The notes under the pieces were generated by a model that was not told where the DNA came from, made no database searches, and saw only the letters and a program-made list of their open reading frames with translations. The translations under genes and the position numbers were made by a program. A stretch of DNA of 64,000 nucleotides from the human T2T-CHM13v2.0 reference genome, Homo sapiens, in the NCBI RefSeq assembly GCF_009914755.1, contig NC_060930.1; one strand, written 5' to 3'. This document shows positions 57,696 to 64,000 of the stretch, piece after piece (within the stretch, counting starts at the first letter, position 1; each line of letters opens with the position of its first letter).

Positions 57696-58491
57696 TGAAA
57701 TATAGCAGGGACCCCACCTCTCCTTTTAGGGACCTGCAAACCCCCAAACATGGAAATAAAGGAAAACCCCAAAGTTCCTTTAAGAAACATTCCAGGCATC
57801 TAGCTAGCCCCGGAGGTAATTCAGTAACTTGTTAAACGAAAAGGTAGCAGAACAATAGCCAAGGAAGTTAAAGCTCCAGAGATGTTTGCTTTTCCTACAG
57901 AAACTAAAGATAACATCCTAACATACATCCTTGAGTTGTCTTTTAGAGGCTTGAAACCCCACTGAATGGATCTGCTGGCATACAGACTCCAGATAAGGGG
58001 GAAATGAAGACTAAATTTTAGCTATTACCCTTTGTTTTATTAGTAAGTTTCTTCCTGAGGAACTTAGAGAAAGTCATTCCCTCTAGCAAGTCAGCATTTT
58101 TCTACTGAACTTAAATGTTTTAAACAAAGCTTCCCTTCCTTAATCAACTGCAAATCCGAAGAGTTCTGAATCTACCTACCATCTGTGAGTGCCCCCCACT
58201 TCAAATGTCCTGCCCTTTTAAGCTTAAGCCAATGTGTAACCTCCTTGTATTGATTTATGATTTTGCCTGTAGCTTCTGCTTTCTTGAAATTTACCCCTGC
58301 CTTTAAAAATCCTTGCCTGCAAGCCTAAAAATCCTTGCCTGCAAGCCATCAGGGAGGCCAGATTTGAGCATTTAGCTGGCTGGTCCCCCCCTGCTTAGCA
58401 CTCTGCAATAGGCAACTTTCTGTCACTGCAAAAACCTTGATGTGTGTTTTCACTGTGCCAGTTGAGCAGACTCCAGTTCAGTTCTTTAACA
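57696..58491 (+). mobile_element. MER4-group ERV1 solo LTR, subfamily not assigned (TSD acag/gcag)
   Basis: tg...ca termini; motifs gaatctaccta and tattgattta shared with the adjacent MER4. Confidence 0.7.
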
Positions 58492-59965
58492 GCAGAGCTC
58501 CTAAATCCCTTGGAATCTCTTGCGGGATAGGAGCATCTTTTGTTCTAATGACATGACTCCTAGTGGGCTCTTGGGAAAGCCTCAGGATTGGGGCTGGCTG
58601 CCAGAGGAACCCATCATGTGACTATACAGTTGGAACTTCCAGCCCCATACAGGGTCCTCTAGGGAGGAGACAAGGTCGGAGAGTTGAGTTGATCACCAAC
58701 AACCAATGATTTAATCAACCATGCCTACACAGCGGAGCCTTCATAAAAACACAAAAGTCAAGTTTCCAGATTTCTGAACACGTGGAGGTGCTGGGAGGGT
58801 GGCATGCCTGGAAAATGCAAAGAAACTCCACATTCCTTCCCACAGACCCTGCCCTATGCATCTCTTCCCTCTAACTAACTTCTTCTGTACCCTATAAATG
58901 GGGGTAAACATGTTTTTCTGAGTTCTGAGAGCCATTCTAGCAAATTAATCCAACCCAAGGGAGGGTAGTGTGAACCCTCTACTTACTTTTTTGCCAGAAG
59001 AACTTGCAGTTGGCATCTGAATGAGGGCAGTCTTGTGGGATTGAGCCTTTAACCTGTGGAATCTGACGCTATCTTCAGGCAGATAGTGTCAGAAATGAAC
59101 TGAATTATAGTATACTCATTTGGTGTCCACTAGAGAACTGGTTGTTGGGAGAGAAAATCCACACACATTTTGGTGACCAGAGGTGAGGTGTTATGTGTTC
59201 TATCCAGTGTAAGGGTAGGAAAAACTGTTTTTTCCTATCTCATATAGGGACACTAAGGAAAAACAAGCCAACCAGCCAGAGAGAAGCCCATTTGCTAGAG
59301 TGCCTAGAGCAACACTGGTATAGGCCACAGGCTTCAGGCCTTTCCAAGGCTGGTCAGTCCTAGCCACAAGGAAGGAAAAGAGAATTCAACGAGGTAAAAT
59401 CCAAAGAGAGAACTAAGTCACATCATTAGCATTCTGTGCATTCTGTTCCAGGAAATGATCTGGGAAAGAACCAGTCCCTGGTGGAATTCATATTTTGGGG
59501 ATGAAATGAGGGAAGGAGGAAATATGTGAGTTTCCCCTTGTCGACAATTTATTGAAATAATCTTCTCTTTTTTCTAATATTAAATTTCCCTCGAAGCTTT
59601 GATGAATCAGTTCCAGTCCTGCCTCCTTTAATGAGTCTTCCATGACCACCCAAATCCATAAGAGTCTATCTTTTCTTTATATCTAGAACCTCCATTGCCT
59701 TACCTCACTCACTCCTGATTGTCAGTAAATATATAATTAAATTTGGAGGAGTCTTGATAAGGTTGGAAAGATGTATGAGGATATTAGAGAGCCTAAAAAG
59801 AAGCTGAAGATATAAAAGCACGGTAGCAATCAAAAAGGTGAAATTTAAAAAGAAAAATGTACAAATTAAAGCATTAAGTTAGAATAGGATTTAAGTAAAC
59901 AAAACATGGCAAATAATTTAAAAAATATTATAGTGAGGAGCTTTTATTTCACTTGACATTCTAAT

Positions 59966-60148
59966 GCAGGAGTTAGCAAACTACAACCTGTAGGGCAAAT
60001 ATGGCTGCTGCTTGTCTTTGTATTAATAAATAAAATATTATTGGAGCACAGTTATGTCCACTTGTTTATGTATTGCCTATAGCTGCTTTCCCACTATGAC
60101 AGCAAAGTTGAGTAGTTGTGGAAAACACCTTATTACAAACTCCTGTTC
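59966..60148 (+). mobile_element. MER58A fragment
   Basis: caggagttagcaaactac...ttattggagcacag...gcaaagttgagtagttg. Confidence 0.7.
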
Positions 60149-61416
60149 TAATCTATACATAGAAAAGCCATCTTATCAGCCAAAATTGGCAGCCACAAAT
60201 AAAAAATAATAAAAGATCTAAATTTGCAATAGCTTGGTTTACTCCCTATTAAATAGTACAGGGTTCTTTCCACTACCACTCATACACTGAGAAAACCAAT
60301 TAAGAGATTCTGGAAGCATATTTTATAAAAGAATATATATTCATGCTGACCATATATTGGTATTTCCCAAGGAAAGCCATGTTAAATAAGTTTCTAAAAA
60401 CTTAAAAAGAAATAACAAAATGAAGCCAAACATAATAACAAATTAATACTGCTTTCATTAGTGATCACTTGAAATACACCACTACTAACTTATTTTTAAG
60501 TAAGAATGCTACATATGAATTTTCAAGTTGAGCTTAACTGGATATAGTATCCTCTAATTGTTCATTTTTCTATGTAATTATAAAGGTAACTATTTATTAG
60601 TGTCCTTCTCTGAACACTATTTTTCAGATCAAGGTAATATAAAAATTCCCTATGTTCTTTGAACATACAGAAGATATAACAAAGGTTTGACACTAGATAA
60701 AATCACTTAATTTCTTCAAGCTTTGAGTTTCTCAAATATTAAATAAAGATCATATTATCTACCTTAGCAGCACCATTGATATAAGATCAACTGATCACTG
60801 AAATTTCAAAAATTGATGTTATGTAACTATTTAAAAATATATATGTAAGGCACTAAAACATGGTAAGACTTCCTTATTAGTTGTATTATTTATTTATGGA
60901 GAGGGTGAGACTAATTTTAAAAGGAACTTTAGTAAATGATCATAATCACCCATAAAATTGGCTATTTTTTTACAAATAGAAAAAAAAACTCTCTTAAAGT
61001 CTCTTTTCATAAAGTACTTTAAAAGACATTAAGAGACATTTGCACTTTTTATGGAACTATGAACATTCATGGGATGGAATAGTATAGGAATCATTTCAGC
61101 AATTTCATAGTTCATTTTATGAACTATGTAACATTTCATAGTTCCGTTTTATGCCAATGATGCATAATTTAACTACGTATTTAATGATGAATAAGCAATA
61201 GTAATTTTTACTTTTCCTATAAATCTTTTACTTTTAACTATGTATTTCATGATGAATAAGCAATAGTAATTTTTACTTTTCCTATGATAAATCTTTTTTT
61301 TCCTATGATAAATCAGATAATCTTTCCCCCAGGTAAAATGTGAACAATTCTAGATCCTAGGTTTAACATGATACTTAGGTAAAATAAGAAGTTTCTGAAA
61401 TAGTCCTCATTTATGC

Positions 61417-61795
61417 CTGCTCTGGACCAAATTGCCTACCTCAAAAATTCTTATGTTGAAGCCCTAACGCCCAATATGATGGTATTTGGAGACGGGACCT
61501 TTGGGAGGTAATTAGGTTTAGATGAGACCAACAAAGTGGAGCCCTCATTCTGGGACTGGTGCTATTACATGAAGAGACACCAGAGAGACTGCCTCTGCTC
61601 TCTCTCTGTAGTGTGACGACACATCAAGAAGGTGACCACCTGCAAGCCAGGAACAGAGCGCTCACTGTGGAACTGAATTGGCTGCTACCTTGATCTTGGA
61701 CTTCCCAGCTCCCAGACTGTAAGAAATAAATTTTTATTGTTTGAGCCACTCAGTCTAGGTTATTACATTATGGCAGCTCAAGCTGAATAATATCT
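61417..61795 (+). mobile_element. MLT1A-type MaLR solo LTR
   Basis: tatgttgaagccctaac...gatcttggacttcccag...aataaatttttattgtttgagccac. Confidence 0.8.
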
Positions 61796-62196
61796 TGGCA
61801 ATATGTAAATACGTTCCCATTAAAATCTAACTCATTAGTCATAAGATAAATTCACTGAAAGAGTAATAAAGCACATTTGTAATAACATACATTCACTAAA
61901 GTGATATATATTAGCTTAGTAATGTAAAACATTTTAACTGGACCTTAATTGTTGCATATTACACCAACAGGCTTAACATTGCTAAGGTAAGGGAATCACT
62001 GAATAAATGATGGTATATTCATACAGTGTAATACCATGAAACCATCAAAAGCACATTTCATTTGGAAGAGTATTTCACAATATAAGAAAAAATGATATAA
62101 GGCAAGTATACAACGTTACATACAATAAGATCCCATTTTACAGGAGGAAAAAGTGAGTACAGATATATAGATATAGATATGTAAAGAAATAAACCA

Positions 62197-62502
<306 letters not shown>

Positions 62503-62678
62503 AAACCAAATTTTTACCGATGAGATTTCAGTATTTCTACACATTCTATAATGAATGTATGTTCCTATTATAATCAGAAAATATTAGACCTTTTTAATAA
62601 GTTAACAGTGACTGCCAGTCTCAGTCTCATTTTTTTACTATTAAATTCTGGATACTGCTTCTCTATCCCTTCCAGACC

Positions 62679-62910
62679 AGGGAGGGGGTGGGGGAGGGGG
62701 AGAGGGAGAGGGAAGAGGGAGAGGAAGAGGAAGAGGGAGAGGGAGAGGGAGAGGGAAGAGAAGGAGAAGGAGAAGGAAGAGGAGGAAGAGGAGGAGAAGA
62801 GCAGGAGAAGAGGGGGGAGAGGGAGGGGGAGGAGGAGGAGGAAGGGAGGAAAAGAGGAAGGGAGGGAGCAGGGAGGTGGAAAGGGAAGGGAAGAAAAAGG
62901 GTGGGAAAAG
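62679..62910. repeat. Polypurine (GA/GGA-rich) low-complexity tract
   Basis: About 230 nt almost all G/A on the + strand. Confidence 0.95.
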
Positions 62911-63590
62911 ACTCTCCCTCAGAATACATAACCACTACATGAGGCAAAAGGTAGCTTACCAAGTTAATAAAAGAGTAATCTCGGATTCAGTAATTGTTTA
63001 AAAATAGATCTGGTACATTTTAAACAAAGAGAATGTTTGTATTATTAAATCTTCAATTCTTCTAGTTGAGCTAATCACCAAAAGGTTACTTGAGCCATAA
63101 GACATCAGAGTTAAAGAATATTGAAAACTCTCAAACTTCTCAAAAACAGTGGGTTACTTCCTTCTGCCAGAGGCTATTCTATCGGTTCCAGAGCAGGAAC
63201 ATACACTAAACCTCTGTACCTCAATTTATATTCAATGGTACTCCCAGACCAGCCTTATAAATATAATTTTTTTGCAAATTATCCAATTTATTAAAAAAAT
63301 TATTAAATATTCCTGATGAGCCCTAAGTAGCTTACTAAGGGAATCTTATGTTTCTATAAAATGGGTCACTGTTTGGAGCCGGGGTATTAGCACCACATCT
63401 CAATATGTCATCCTTACTGTATAAGGGCATGTTAATAAAATGTTTTTAAAACTGGCTTGCTTCGGAGGTGATGAAATTGCACAAATCCTTCCATATTTTC
63501 TTACCTATTTTACTGGTGATCAATAACAGCACACATTTATGCTACCTAAATTATCTGGATGACAGGATCAATCACTGCAACATAAGAAAA

Positions 63591-64000
<410 letters not shown>

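Larger units (their letters stand above)
56659..59243 (+). mobile_element. MER21-type LTR split into three pieces by two younger LTRs
   Basis: tgtgatataa|aagaaatatatatttggtct...cagagctcctaa pieces rejoin across the inserts (56659-56672, 57603-57695, 58492-59243). Confidence 0.8.

Noticed and set aside
58304-58347. Perfect 22-bp tandem duplication taaaaatccttgcctgcaagcc
   Set aside because: Real but an ordinary slippage duplication inside an LTR.
62551-62962. E/G/R-rich and S/P-rich ORFs
   Set aside because: Translations of the polypurine low-complexity tract.

Overview
Human (hominid) genomic DNA, AT-rich and Alu/LTR-dense. The window lies inside one minus-strand gene, FAM184A (C6orf60), which encodes a long coiled-coil protein. 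I reconstructed 13 consecutive internal coding exons (numbered 2-14 from my recall of the reference transcript) from 55020 down to 4649. Their splice phases chain into one uninterrupted reading frame; the first and last exons lie outside the window. The introns hold about 30 Alus, L1/L2/MIR relics, hAT DNA transposons and about 11 solo LTRs, including an intact LTR12C 56 bp from exon 5 and a three-LTR nest in intron 1. No prokaryotic-type system (CRISPR, operon) is present. The strongest unexplained signal is a candidate 42-nt in-frame cassette exon in intron 9 (18296-18337, RQSLGEALHKSISN, exactly two heptads) whose 5' splice site sits in a perfect 8-bp hairpin. Other findings are a GC-AG intron with a competing stop-introducing GT donor, an exon with almost no polypyrimidine tract, an antisense LTR12C promoter, and template-switch-like scars in a MER4 LTR. 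Repeat subfamily names come from recalled consensus sequences, not a database search.
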